DNA of 32,000 nucleotides. It comes from Edaphobacter aggregans (lineage in GTDB: Bacteria; Acidobacteriota; Terriglobia; Terriglobales; Acidobacteriaceae). Positions 9,745 to 17,813 of this stretch are shown one piece after another. A program made the translations under genes and the position numbers. Where the stretch lies: assembly GCF_003945235.1 (NCBI RefSeq), contig NZ_RSDW01000001.1, forward strand, positions 4,350,001-4,382,000. The letters are read 5' to 3'. Under the pieces are notes generated by a model that did not search any database, had not been told where the DNA came from, and worked only from the letters and a program-made list of their open reading frames with translations. How positions within the stretch are numbered: position 1 is the first letter of the stretch; the number at the start of each line of letters is the position of its first letter.

Positions 9745-10479
9745 GTGTCCACGTTGACCATCGATTCCGCAACACATAGACCGGCCCCGGCAGAGACCAA
9801 TTTTCTGCCCGGGCCGGTTCTTCTTCTGGGTGCACCTGGTGTCGGCAAAGGTACGCAGGCTAAGCGCCTTATGGCAGAATTTGGCATCCCGCAAATCTCT
9901 ACTGGTGACCTGCTTCGCGAGAACATCGCTAAAGGGACTGAGTTGGGGAAGGCTGCTCGCTCGTTGATGGATCAGGGCCAACTCGTCTCCGACGATCTGG
10001 TCAACCAGATGGTCGCTGACCGGCTTGCGCAGCCTGACGTTGCTCGCGGCTATATCCTCGACGGCTTTCCGCGCACGATTAATCAGGCGGAGTGGGTTGA
10101 TCGCGAGATTGCGTCTAAAGCCCAGACCTTGCCGATTGTTGCTATTAGCATTGTCGTTAGCTACGACCAATTGCTTCATCGCATTACTGGCCGCCGGATC
10201 TCACCTGCTGGGCGGATCTACAATGTCTATTCGAACCCTCCGGTGGTTTCCGGCATCTGCGATGTAGACGGCTCCGTTCTTGTCCAGCGTTCTGACGACT
10301 CCGAGGTTGTGTTCACAGAACGTATGAAGACGTTCGAGGCACAGACAGCTCCGGTGGTTGAGCATTACCGCAGGCAGGGTCGCTTCGAAGAGGTGAATGG
10401 CGATCAGGCTGTCGAACAAGTTACTGTTGAGATAACTGCTGCACTCAAGCGTCTTCGTCAGAAGGGCCCTAAGAGCTAG
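9745..10479 (+). CDS. adk: Adenylate kinase (with roughly 22-aa N-terminal extension if GTG 9745 is used)
   Basis: GTG lies 3 nt after the secY stop. P-loop LLLGAPGVGKGTQ. The LID segment RRISPAGRIYNVYSNPP...CDVDGS lacks the four-Cys zinc knuckle. Confidence 0.88.
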   Translation: MSTLTIDSATHRPAPAETNFLPGPVLLLGAPGVGKGTQAKRLMAEFGIPQISTGDLLRENIAKGTELGKAARSLMDQGQLVSDDLVNQMVADRLAQPDVARGYILDGFPRTINQAEWVDREIASKAQTLPIVAISIVVSYDQLLHRITGRRISPAGRIYNVYSNPPVVSGICDVDGSVLVQRSDDSEVVFTERMKTFEAQTAPVVEHYRRQGRFEEVNGDQAVEQVTVEITAALKRLRQKGPKS

Positions 10480-10481
10480 CC

Positions 10482-11231
10482 ATGGCTATCATGATCAAAT
10501 CCGCGCAGGAGATCGAGAAGATGCGGATCTCTGGCAAGGCACTTCGTCAGGTGCATAACGCTATTGCGCCTCACGTTGTTCCCGGTGCTTCCACCATGGA
10601 TCTCGAGCGGATCGCCGTGGCGAAAATTGCTGAACTTGGCGCTACGGCTGCTTTCAAGGGCTACCATGGCTATCCTGCTGCGCTTTGCACTTCGGTCAAT
10701 GAAGAGGTCGTCCATGGGATGCCGAATGAGAAGCGCATCCTCAAGGAAGGCGATATCCTTTCGATCGACTGCGGCGTCATCATCGACGGCTTTTACTCCG
10801 ATGCTGCTGTTACGTATGCCATTGGCAAGCCGAGCGAAAAGACTCGCAAACTTCTGGTTGTGACCCAGGCCTCGCTTGAGGCGGCCATCGAGCAGTGCCA
10901 GGTTGGCGGGCGTCTCGGCGACATCTCCGCGGCCGTTCAGGAGATGTGCGAGGCTGAGGGCTTTGGCGTTGTCCGCGATTTTGTAGGCCACGGCATTGGG
11001 CGCAGCATGCATGAGGATCCGCAGGTTCCGAATTTTGGGCCGGCAGGGAAGGGGCCTCGCCTGAAGGCTGGCATGGTTCTCGCCATCGAACCGATGATCA
11101 ATGCTGGCGGTCCCGACGTCCGGGTTCTCAAGGACGGTTGGACGGCGGTCACGGTCGACGGGAGCTACAGTGCCCACTTTGAACACACGGTTGCCATCAC
11201 TAACGATGGTCCCTTAGTACTTACCCGGTAG
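10482..11231 (+). CDS. map: Type I methionine aminopeptidase
   Basis: ATG lies 2 nt after the adk stop. 249 aa with SIDCGVIIDGFYSD, GHGIG, LAIEPM and AHFEHT metal-ligand blocks. Confidence 0.96.
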   Translation: MAIMIKSAQEIEKMRISGKALRQVHNAIAPHVVPGASTMDLERIAVAKIAELGATAAFKGYHGYPAALCTSVNEEVVHGMPNEKRILKEGDILSIDCGVIIDGFYSDAAVTYAIGKPSEKTRKLLVVTQASLEAAIEQCQVGGRLGDISAAVQEMCEAEGFGVVRDFVGHGIGRSMHEDPQVPNFGPAGKGPRLKAGMVLAIEPMINAGGPDVRVLKDGWTAVTVDGSYSAHFEHTVAITNDGPLVLTR

Positions 11232-11684
11232 GACGGCGTATTCCAGATCGCTTTAGAAGGGGTACAGTGGTTCCCCTACCCCAGCAATAAGTCCTAAAGT
11301 ATTGATTTTAAACACTATAAGTCCGGAATTCCCGAACAAAGGCTCCGGTCTTGGCCGCGGTCTTTTGCTATTGTTCTTACTTATTAGTTTAGCAATCCGA
11401 AGGGAATTATTCGGCACTCCTATCTTGCTGATGATAAATGAGATGCGAAAATCTTGGCTTGACAAGCCAAGTGCGAGGAAGAGGTTAAGCCGGCACTGAA
11501 TCCGTCTTTTTACGCTAGTGATCAGTCAGATTCGCCGGTTTTAGCGTATTATAAGAGATGCTGTGTGTAGCACGTCAGCGCACAGATGATTCTGTTCCGC
11601 ATTGATCTAGGTGTGGACCCATCATCAGTATGACAAGTTTATGGAAACAAGGAGCTTTGCTCCGGCCTTTCCAAAGGAGATCGT

Positions 11685-11903
11685 TTGTCGAAGGAAGATG
11701 CAATTGAAGTGATGGCAGTCGTCGTTGAGACTCTGCCCAACGCGATGTTCAAGGTTGAGCTTGAGAACAAGCATCAGGCCCTTGCACACGTCTCCGGGCG
11801 TATGCGCAAAAACTTCATTCGTATCCTCCCCGGCGACCGCGTCGCGATTGAGCTCAGCCCGTACGATCTCAACCGCGGCCGCATTGTCTACCGCTACAAG
11901 TAG
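11685..11903 (+). CDS. infA: Translation initiation factor IF-1
   Basis: TTG start preceded by AAAGGAGA (11673-11680). 72 aa, [53 protein letters not shown]. Confidence 0.93.
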   Translation: MSKEDAIEVMAVVVETLPNAMFKVELENKHQALAHVSGRMRKNFIRILPGDRVAIELSPYDLNRGRIVYRYK

Positions 11904-12031
11904 GCAGCGCGAACAAGCCTCCAGCTCTTAGCGTTTCGCTTTCTGCTGGAAATCAAAAGCAAGACAAGACCACGTCGGCGCGCCTCGGGTCAAAAACCAG
12001 GGGCGAAAGCAACGGCTGTTTTAGGAGTTTT

Positions 12032-12145
12032 ATGAAGGTCCGTGCATCAGTAAAGAAGATTTGCGACAAGTGCAAAGTGATTCACCGCCGTGGCGTCGTT
12101 CGCGTCATCTGCGAGAACGCGAAGCACAAGCAGCGTCAGGGCTAA
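12032..12145 (+). CDS. rpmJ: 50S ribosomal protein bL36 (zinc-binding form)
   Basis: Not in the ORF track (37 aa). ATG 12032 follows TAGGAG. Hand translation: [37 protein letters not shown], stop 12143-12145. Lies in the expected slot between infA and rpsM. Confidence 0.93.
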   Translation: MKVRASVKKICDKCKVIHRRGVVRVICENAKHKQRQG

Positions 12146-12159
12146 GAACCCACCCGGCC

Positions 12160-12206
12160 CCGCAGGGCTAGTTAGCCGAAGTCAAGGCTTGCGTTGAACC
12201 CTGCGG
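12160..12206 (+). promoter_or_regulatory. Structured rpsM leader (candidate S4 autoregulatory site)
   Basis: CCGCAGGG (12160-12167) is the exact reverse complement of CCCTGCGG (12199-12206). The stem encloses a nested AGCC-N8-GGCT hairpin and ends about 65 nt upstream of the rpsM ATG. Confidence 0.45.
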
Positions 12207-12271
12207 ACACCGCCGCAAACCATCACCCCGCTCCGTGGCGAAGCTTCCGGAGCCCAACGAAAAGGAACCCC

Positions 12272-12652
12272 ATGGCACGTATTGCTGGAGTCGATGTCCC
12301 TAACAACAAACAGGCGCGCATCGGACTCACTTATATCTTCGGCATCGGCAACTCGCGCGCTGCGAAGATCCTCGCGAAGGCAGAGGTTGATCCGTTCGCG
12401 AAGATCGCAACGCTTGACGAGGACCAGCTGAACCGCATCCGTCACGTCATCGAACAGGAAGGCCAGATCGAAGGCGACCTCCGCAAGGATGTTTCGCTGA
12501 ACATCAAGCGCCTCATCGAAATCCAGTCCTACCGTGGTCTTCGCCACCGCCGTTCGCTTCCGGTCCGCGGCCAGCGCACCCACACCAACGCTCGTACCCG
12601 CAAGGGCCCACGCAAGGGCACTGTCGCCGGTAAGAAGAAAGCGACGAAATAA
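12272..12652 (+). CDS. rpsM: 30S ribosomal protein uS13
   Basis: The track ORF starts at 12194. ATG 12272 ([26 protein letters not shown]) is preceded by AAAGGAA. Confidence 0.95.
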   Translation: MARIAGVDVPNNKQARIGLTYIFGIGNSRAAKILAKAEVDPFAKIATLDEDQLNRIRHVIEQEGQIEGDLRKDVSLNIKRLIEIQSYRGLRHRRSLPVRGQRTHTNARTRKGPRKGTVAGKKKATK

Positions 12653-12655
12653 GCC

Positions 12656-13078
12656 ATGGCGAAGACTCAGAACAAAGCAGCTGCCGGCAAGGCTGGCAAG
12701 AACAAGAAGTTCAAGAAGCGCGAGCGAAAGAACGTTCCATTCGGTCTCGTCTTCATCCAGGCTTCTTTCAACAACACCATCGTTACCATCACCGACCAGA
12801 CGGGCAACACGCTCAGCTGGAAGAGCTCTGGCTCGCTCGGCTTCCGCGGATCCCGCAAGGGAACCCCGTTTGCGGCGCAGCAGGCTGCTGTCGGTGCGGC
12901 CAATGCGGCTCGCGACCACGGTCTCCGCTCGGTCGATGTGCGCGTCTCGGGTCCCGGCTCCGGCCGTGAGTCGGCGATCCGCGCTCTCGCCACGGCAGGC
13001 ATCGAGGTTCGCAGCATCCGCGACGTTACGCCGATGCCGCACAACGGCTGCCGTCCGCCGAAGCGCCGCCGCGTATAA
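12656..13078 (+). CDS. rpsK: 30S ribosomal protein uS11
   Basis: 140 aa, ...[28 protein letters not shown]...[16 protein letters not shown]. Confidence 0.96.
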   Translation: MAKTQNKAAAGKAGKNKKFKKRERKNVPFGLVFIQASFNNTIVTITDQTGNTLSWKSSGSLGFRGSRKGTPFAAQQAAVGAANAARDHGLRSVDVRVSGPGSGRESAIRALATAGIEVRSIRDVTPMPHNGCRPPKRRRV

Positions 13079-13084
13079 GTTGTG

Positions 13085-13131
13085 GCAGCCAGTCTTTGGC
13101 CCATGGCTCAAGGCTGGCTGCTAGTTATTTT
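13085..13131 (+). terminator. Terminator/attenuator-like hairpin between rpsK and rpsD
   Basis: GCAGCCAGTC (13085-13094) pairs with GGCTGGCTGC (13112-13121): 10 bp including one G.U pair, with an inner GCC-CAT-GGC helix. Followed by TAGTTATTTTC. Confidence 0.5.
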
Positions 13132-13202
13132 CAACATGGATCGTGATTGAAGCGCTGCCAGCGTGTAAAGCGATCGACAACCGAAGTCAGGAGATTAGAA
13201 AA

Positions 13203-13835
13203 ATGGCACGTTACACCGGACCCGTCTGCCGCCTTTGCCGCCGCGACGGAACAAAGCTCTTCCTCAAGGGAGCCAAGTGCTTCTCAGAAAAATGCCCCGT
13301 CGAGAAGCGCAACTTCCCCCCAGGCCAGCACGGCCAGTCCAAGAAGCAGAAGAAGGTTGTCGGCTACGGCTTGCAGCTTCGTGAGAAGCAGAAGGCCAAG
13401 CGTATCTACTTCACGCTCGAGACTCAGTTCCGCGCCTACTACCAGAAGGCTTCGAACAAGACCGGCGTTACTGGCGAACTGCTGTTGCAGCAGCTCGAGA
13501 CTCGTCTCGACAACGTTGCCTACCGTCTTGGCTTTGCGCTGAGCCGCCGCCAGGCTCGTCAGCTTGTGCGTCATGGTCACATTCAGGTCAATGGCCGCAA
13601 GGTCAACATTCCGTCGTTCCAGTGCAAGGTTGGCGATGAGATCGCGATTCGCGAGGGTTCGAAGGCTCTGGTCATTCTGGAAGAGTCGAAGAACTTTGCC
13701 AGCGGACAGCGCGCTGTGCAGTGGCTCGACATCAACCGCGACAATCTCTCCGGCAAGGTTCTTGCTCTGCCGAAGCGTGAGGACGTCAACCTGCCGGTCA
13801 ACGAGCAGCTGATCGTCGAACTCTACTCGAAGTAA
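13203..13835 (+). CDS. rpsD: 30S ribosomal protein uS4
   Basis: The track ORF starts at 13143. ATG 13203 ([23 protein letters not shown]) is preceded by AGGAGA. Confidence 0.95.
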   Translation: MARYTGPVCRLCRRDGTKLFLKGAKCFSEKCPVEKRNFPPGQHGQSKKQKKVVGYGLQLREKQKAKRIYFTLETQFRAYYQKASNKTGVTGELLLQQLETRLDNVAYRLGFALSRRQARQLVRHGHIQVNGRKVNIPSFQCKVGDEIAIREGSKALVILEESKNFASGQRAVQWLDINRDNLSGKVLALPKREDVNLPVNEQLIVELYSK

Positions 13836-13992
13836 GAGTCAAGTTTTGGTTGTCATGCCGTGGCGGCGCGAAGCATCGCGCTTCCTGCTCGCTGCGGCGT
13901 GATGGCCATCAGCAATACACAACCTAACCCGCAACAGAACCACCCGCCGACCGCAGAATGCCTCGCGGCCAGGACGGATAAAGGAGAAACAC

Positions 13993-15084
13993 ATGCTTTG
14001 GAGAGGTTTTCAGAAGCCCAAGCGCCTCGCAGTTGATAGCGAAACACTCACCGACAAGTACGGCAAGTTTTCCGCGCAGCCTTTTGAGCGCGGCTTCGGT
14101 ACGACCATCGGCAACGCTCTTCGCCGCACCCTGTTGTCTTCGATTGAAGGCGCAGCTGTAACCGCCGTCCGCATTGAGGGCGTTCTGCACGAGTTCCAGT
14201 CGATTACCGGCATCGTTGAAGACGCGACCGATATCATCCTGAACCTGAAGCAGATTCCGTTCAAGCTCAATGGCGATGGTCCGAAGGCTCTTTATCTCCG
14301 TGCCGACCAGGCTGGCGTTGTTACGTCGGGCTCGATTGAGGCCGATGGCGATGTTGAGATTCTCGATAAGGACGTTTATATCTGCACCATCTCCGAGGGC
14401 GGCAAGATCGACATGGAGATGCGTTTGAAGCGCGGCCGTGGGTACATCTCGGCTGACAAAAACTTCGACGCGGATCTCGGCCTTGGCTTCATTCCGGTCG
14501 ACAGCGTTCACTCTCCAGTGCGTAAGGTCAATTATCTCGTTGAGGCGGCTCGTCTCGGTCAGATCACTGACTATGACAAGTTGACGCTCGAGATCTGGAC
14601 GAATGGCACTGTGCTGCCGGCAGATGCGCTTGGTCTTTCTGCCAAGCTGCTGAAGGATCATATGACCATCTTCATCAACTTTGAGGAGGAGATGGAGACC
14701 GGTCACGATCTGCACGACGGGCCGGCTCTGCGCAACGAGAATCTCAACCGCTCTGTTGAGGAGCTTGAGCTCTCGGTACGCAGCTACAACTGCCTCAAGA
14801 ATGCGAACATCGCCACCATCGGCGAACTCATCCAGAAGACTGAAGCTGAGATGCTGAAGACCAAGAACTTTGGCCGCAAGTCGTTGAATGAGATCAAGGA
14901 GATCCTTGCGCAGATGGGCCTTTCGCTCGGCATGAAGATCGACGAGAATGGCAACCCCCAGCCTGGGCCGACGTCCGTGCTGCCGGCTGCAACGCTCGCC
15001 GCTAGCTTCGGTAACTTTGACGATGATGATGACGAGGACGAAGACGACGACCTCGAGCTTCCGAACGAGCAAGAGAACTTCTAA
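13993..15084 (+). CDS. rpoA: DNA-directed RNA polymerase subunit alpha, with acidic C-terminal tail
   Basis: ATG is preceded by AAAGGAGA. 363 aa, ...[29 protein letters not shown]...[15 protein letters not shown]... Ends in [22 protein letters not shown]. Confidence 0.97.
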   Translation: MLWRGFQKPKRLAVDSETLTDKYGKFSAQPFERGFGTTIGNALRRTLLSSIEGAAVTAVRIEGVLHEFQSITGIVEDATDIILNLKQIPFKLNGDGPKALYLRADQAGVVTSGSIEADGDVEILDKDVYICTISEGGKIDMEMRLKRGRGYISADKNFDADLGLGFIPVDSVHSPVRKVNYLVEAARLGQITDYDKLTLEIWTNGTVLPADALGLSAKLLKDHMTIFINFEEEMETGHDLHDGPALRNENLNRSVEELELSVRSYNCLKNANIATIGELIQKTEAEMLKTKNFGRKSLNEIKEILAQMGLSLGMKIDENGNPQPGPTSVLPAATLAASFGNFDDDDDEDEDDDLELPNEQENF

Positions 15085-15091
15085 CAACACA

Positions 15092-15122
15092 GCGATGGCG
15101 ATTCTGAATGAGTCGCCATCGC
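15092..15122 (+). other. Perfect 10-bp hairpin just after the rpoA stop
   Basis: GCGATGGCGA-TTCTGAATGAG-TCGCCATCGC. No T-tract follows. Confidence 0.6.
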
Positions 15123-15202
15123 ACAAACTGTAGTAGGGCGAAGCTCAAGAGCTTAGCCAACGAGATCAAATCAAGGAGATGGGCTCCGGCCCAGAAAATA
15201 CT

Positions 15203-15679
15203 ATGCGCCACCGCAATGCAGGATACAAACTGGGACGTAACACGAGCCATCGCCGGGCCGTCCTCCGCAACCTCGTCACCTCCATCATCGTGATGGACCG
15301 GGTCGAGACCACGATCACGAAGTGCAAGGCTACTCGTCCGATTGTCGAGAAGATGATCACGCTGGGCAAGCGTGGTGATGTGCATGCTCGCCGTCAGGCT
15401 GCTGCTTACCTGATGACGCCTGAGTCGGTTGACCGTCTCTTTGCTGTTGTAGCGCCGCGTTATGCTGCGCGCACTGGCGGCTACTCGCGGATCACTCGCA
15501 CGGGCGCTCGCAAGGGCGACGCTGCCGAGATGGCTTTCATTGAGCTGCTTGGTGCTGAACATGAGCTGAACGAGAAGGCTCAGAAGCGTGCTGACGCTCG
15601 CGCCAAGAAGCGTGAAGAGCTGCAGAAGCAGCTTGAAGAGCAGAATCCTGGCGGCGAAGAACCCAGCACGGAAGCGTAA
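15203..15679 (+). CDS. rplQ: 50S ribosomal protein bL17 (with charged C-terminal extension)
   Basis: MRHRNAGYKLGRNTSHRRAVLRNL is the usual bL17 N-terminus. The track start at 15179 directly abuts AAGGAG and is less likely. The exact start is uncertain. Confidence 0.88.
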   Translation: MRHRNAGYKLGRNTSHRRAVLRNLVTSIIVMDRVETTITKCKATRPIVEKMITLGKRGDVHARRQAAAYLMTPESVDRLFAVVAPRYAARTGGYSRITRTGARKGDAAEMAFIELLGAEHELNEKAQKRADARAKKREELQKQLEEQNPGGEEPSTEA

Positions 15680-15704
15680 GCAGTTTGTACTAAACTTCAA
15701 GTCG

Positions 15705-15731
15705 AAAGGCGCATCTTCGGGTGCGCCTTTT
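15705..15731 (+). terminator. Rho-independent terminator closing the alpha operon
   Basis: AAAGGCGCA-TCTTCGGG-TGCGCCTTT followed by T, located 26 nt after the rplQ stop. Confidence 0.8.
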
Positions 15732-15800
15732 GTCTTGCTGCTTGCAGATGTTTTGCATTTGGTTCCAAGTTGTCGAGGACGCATCCAATAGGATGGTTCT

Positions 15801-16094
15801 ATGCCGTCGACGAAATACATCTCGCTCACGGAACGTCAGCACGCTCTAATTGCTCGTGCGCTGGCTGATCCGCGTCGCTACGAGATACTTGAGAAGCTAG
15901 GCAAGGCGGATACTTTCTGCCCTTGCGGCGACATCAAGAGCTGCATGCCGATTAGTGCTGCGACGCTTTCACACCACATGAAAGAGCTTGAGAATGCTGG
16001 GCTTATCGACGTTCAGCGGGAGGGTAAGTTTGCCAACTACACTCTTCGCCGTGACGTTCTGAAGGCTTATCTTGAGCGGCTTGCCCAGATTTAG
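15801..16094 (+). CDS. ArsR/SmtB-family transcriptional regulator
   Basis: 97 aa. ALADPRRYEILEKL...FCPCGDI...ISAATLSHHMKELENAGLI...REGKFANYTL is a winged-HTH pattern, with a CxC motif at the usual alpha3 metal(loid) site. Confidence 0.85.
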   Translation: MPSTKYISLTERQHALIARALADPRRYEILEKLGKADTFCPCGDIKSCMPISAATLSHHMKELENAGLIDVQREGKFANYTLRRDVLKAYLERLAQI

Positions 16095-16184
16095 AACGCG
16101 ATAGTGAATCCTTTTCAGGTGACTTTCCATCAATTAGATAGTTGTCGAATTATCAACATACCTGATCTGACGGAGTTCACGGAC

Positions 16185-16934
16185 ATGAGCAAGCTTAAAG
16201 ATAAAGTCGCAATCGTTACTGGCGCCTCGAAGGGCATTGGCGCATCGATCGCAAAGTATTTCGCAAAGGAAGGCGCGTCGGTCGTGGTCAACTATGCCTC
16301 CAGCAAGGAGGGCGCTGACCGCGTCGTCAAAGAGATTACGAGCAAAGGGGGCAAGGCCGTCGCGGTACAGGCTGATGTGGCCAAGCCGGCTGAGATCGAT
16401 CGTCTTTTTGCTGAGACGAAGAAGGCGTTTGGCAAGCTCGATGTGCTGGTGAACAATGCCGGTATCTACGAGTTCTCTCCGATTGAGAATGTGACCGAAG
16501 AGCACTTCCATAAGCAGTTCAACACCAACGTTCTGGGTCTTATTTTCGCGTCGAAGGCGGCTGCCAATCAGTTTGGGCCCGAGGGCGGCAGCATCATCAA
16601 CATCAGCTCTGTGGCCAGCACGTTTGCTCCCCCGACGTCTGCGGTTTACAGCGCTACCAAGGGAGCCGTGGATACTGCGACTAAGGTGCTCGCCAACGAG
16701 CTTGGCCCACGTAAGATTCGTGTGAACTCCATCAACCCGGGCATGGTCGAGACCGAAGGTGTCCACACAGCGGGGTTCGCCGAGGGCGAGTTCCGTGCGC
16801 AGATTGAGGCACAGACTCCGCTTGGCAGGATCGGTCAGGTCGAGGATATTGCTCCGGCTGCTGTGTTCTTTGCTTCGCCGGATTCTGCATGGATCACGGG
16901 GCAGAGCCTGGTTATCTCAGGCGGGCTCAGCTAA
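16185..16934 (+). CDS. Short-chain dehydrogenase/reductase (classical SDR, FabG-like)
   Basis: The track ORF starts at 16104. ATG 16185 (MSKLKDKVAIVTGASKGIGASIA) gives the normal N-terminal TGxxxGxG. NNAG, the Ser and YSATK catalytic motifs are present. Confidence 0.9.
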   Translation: MSKLKDKVAIVTGASKGIGASIAKYFAKEGASVVVNYASSKEGADRVVKEITSKGGKAVAVQADVAKPAEIDRLFAETKKAFGKLDVLVNNAGIYEFSPIENVTEEHFHKQFNTNVLGLIFASKAAANQFGPEGGSIINISSVASTFAPPTSAVYSATKGAVDTATKVLANELGPRKIRVNSINPGMVETEGVHTAGFAEGEFRAQIEAQTPLGRIGQVEDIAPAAVFFASPDSAWITGQSLVISGGLS

Positions 16935-16940
16935 GAGAAT

Positions 16941-16984
16941 TTCCGCGCGTCGATACAGCCCCAAAAATATATCGACGCGCGGAA
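16941..16984 (+). terminator. 15-bp perfect inverted repeat after the SDR gene (probable terminator)
   Basis: TTCCGCGCGTCGATA (16941-16955), a 14-nt loop, then TATCGACGCGCGGAA (16970-16984). A moderately T-rich tail follows (GCCCTATTTATT). Confidence 0.6.
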
Positions 16985-17175
16985 GCCCTATTTATTGGAA
17001 GCTGATTACTTCATGAAACAGTTGAGTGGTTTCGCTGCTGATTGTGCCATCCAGGCAGTGATCCTTTGATTCTGTTGCGCGAGAAGTGAAGAGCTGGATG
17101 TATGTCGATTCCGAGATTTGCGTTGGTAACTTCTTTTGCGGTAGCGTAATTTTTTTGCCGTGTTACAGTCAACGC

Positions 17176-17691
17176 GTGCGAATTCTCGGACGAACCGTCA
17201 TCATTTCCTGGGTAGTGCTTGCGGGTTGTCTCTCCTCTTCAGTGGGCCAGACTAAATCTGTCGACTCTCTGACTGCTGAGATTCAGAGAGGCCAGGATCT
17301 TCATGGCCGCGCACTCCACCTTGTGGAGACAGAACAGGCTCGCGCAAAACAGCCGCTCTGCCCCAAAGCCGCGACAACGTATGATGCCAACAATTGCTAC
17401 GCTACTGAACTCGGGATTACTGATGGCAACTACCTCAAGTTAGTCCGTGCACTTGGAGCGCTGCTACGTTCGGGGGGTGAAGCTGACGCGAAAACTGCAC
17501 CCGCCCGCATTCCCTTCGATGATGCCGAGACCACCTGGCATACCTATCGCGATCAGGCATGTAATGCTGTTGGCGATCAGTACGACGGCGGCACGATCCG
17601 ACCAAGCATGGAGATGGGTTGCCGCATAACCCTCACCCGCCATCACATGGATGAACTCTGGGATATCTACTCCGACCTCGGCACTCGTTAG
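17176..17691 (+). CDS. DUF1311 / LprI-like lipoprotein (hypothetical)
   Basis: GTG 17176 gives MRILGRTVIISWVVLAGC, a signal peptide with an LAGC lipobox. The C-terminal half (TWHTYRDQACNAVGDQYDGGTIRPSMEMGCRITLTRHHMDEL) resembles the DUF1311 pattern. No clear Shine-Dalgarno sequence. The track start at 17086 is less likely. Confidence 0.6.
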   Translation: MRILGRTVIISWVVLAGCLSSSVGQTKSVDSLTAEIQRGQDLHGRALHLVETEQARAKQPLCPKAATTYDANNCYATELGITDGNYLKLVRALGALLRSGGEADAKTAPARIPFDDAETTWHTYRDQACNAVGDQYDGGTIRPSMEMGCRITLTRHHMDELWDIYSDLGTR

Positions 17692-17756
17692 GGTTCTATT
17701 TCATTTGGGTTTTGTATCCTTTTGTGTCCGCAGCGAGGCTGTATCAAGTGATCGAA

Positions 17757-17786
17757 TAGCCTACTTTACAAACGCGAGGCTATTTT
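17757..17786 (+). terminator. Weak terminator-like hairpin upstream of the beta-lactamase gene
   Basis: TAGCCT-N14-AGGCTA followed by TTTT. Confidence 0.35.
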
Positions 17787-17813
17787 CAGATAGTTGGCTC
17801 TAAACTATGTTGC

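Noticed and set aside
11259-11282. tRNA-like impression (GGTTCCCC...CCA) after the map stop.
   Set aside because: There is no T-loop TTCRA consensus and no acceptor, D or anticodon arms. It is just a 6-bp hairpin.
11253-11499. 65-aa (+) and 70-aa (-) ORFs in the AT-rich map-infA spacer.
   Set aside because: No Shine-Dalgarno sequence. Codon and amino-acid usage is unlike all neighbouring genes, and the two overlap each other on opposite strands. The region is treated as non-coding and is flagged as a finding.
13924-15126. 400-aa ORF antisense to rpoA. Similar long antisense ORFs are 12182-13111, 7227-8141, 1389-2144, 4255-4992 and 8791-9531.
   Set aside because: Each lies fully opposite a highly conserved r-protein, rpoA or secY gene. 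Their translations are biased toward Arg, Leu, Ala and Val, as expected from off-frame reading of GC-rich coding DNA. They have no Shine-Dalgarno sequence or motifs. They are shadow ORFs.
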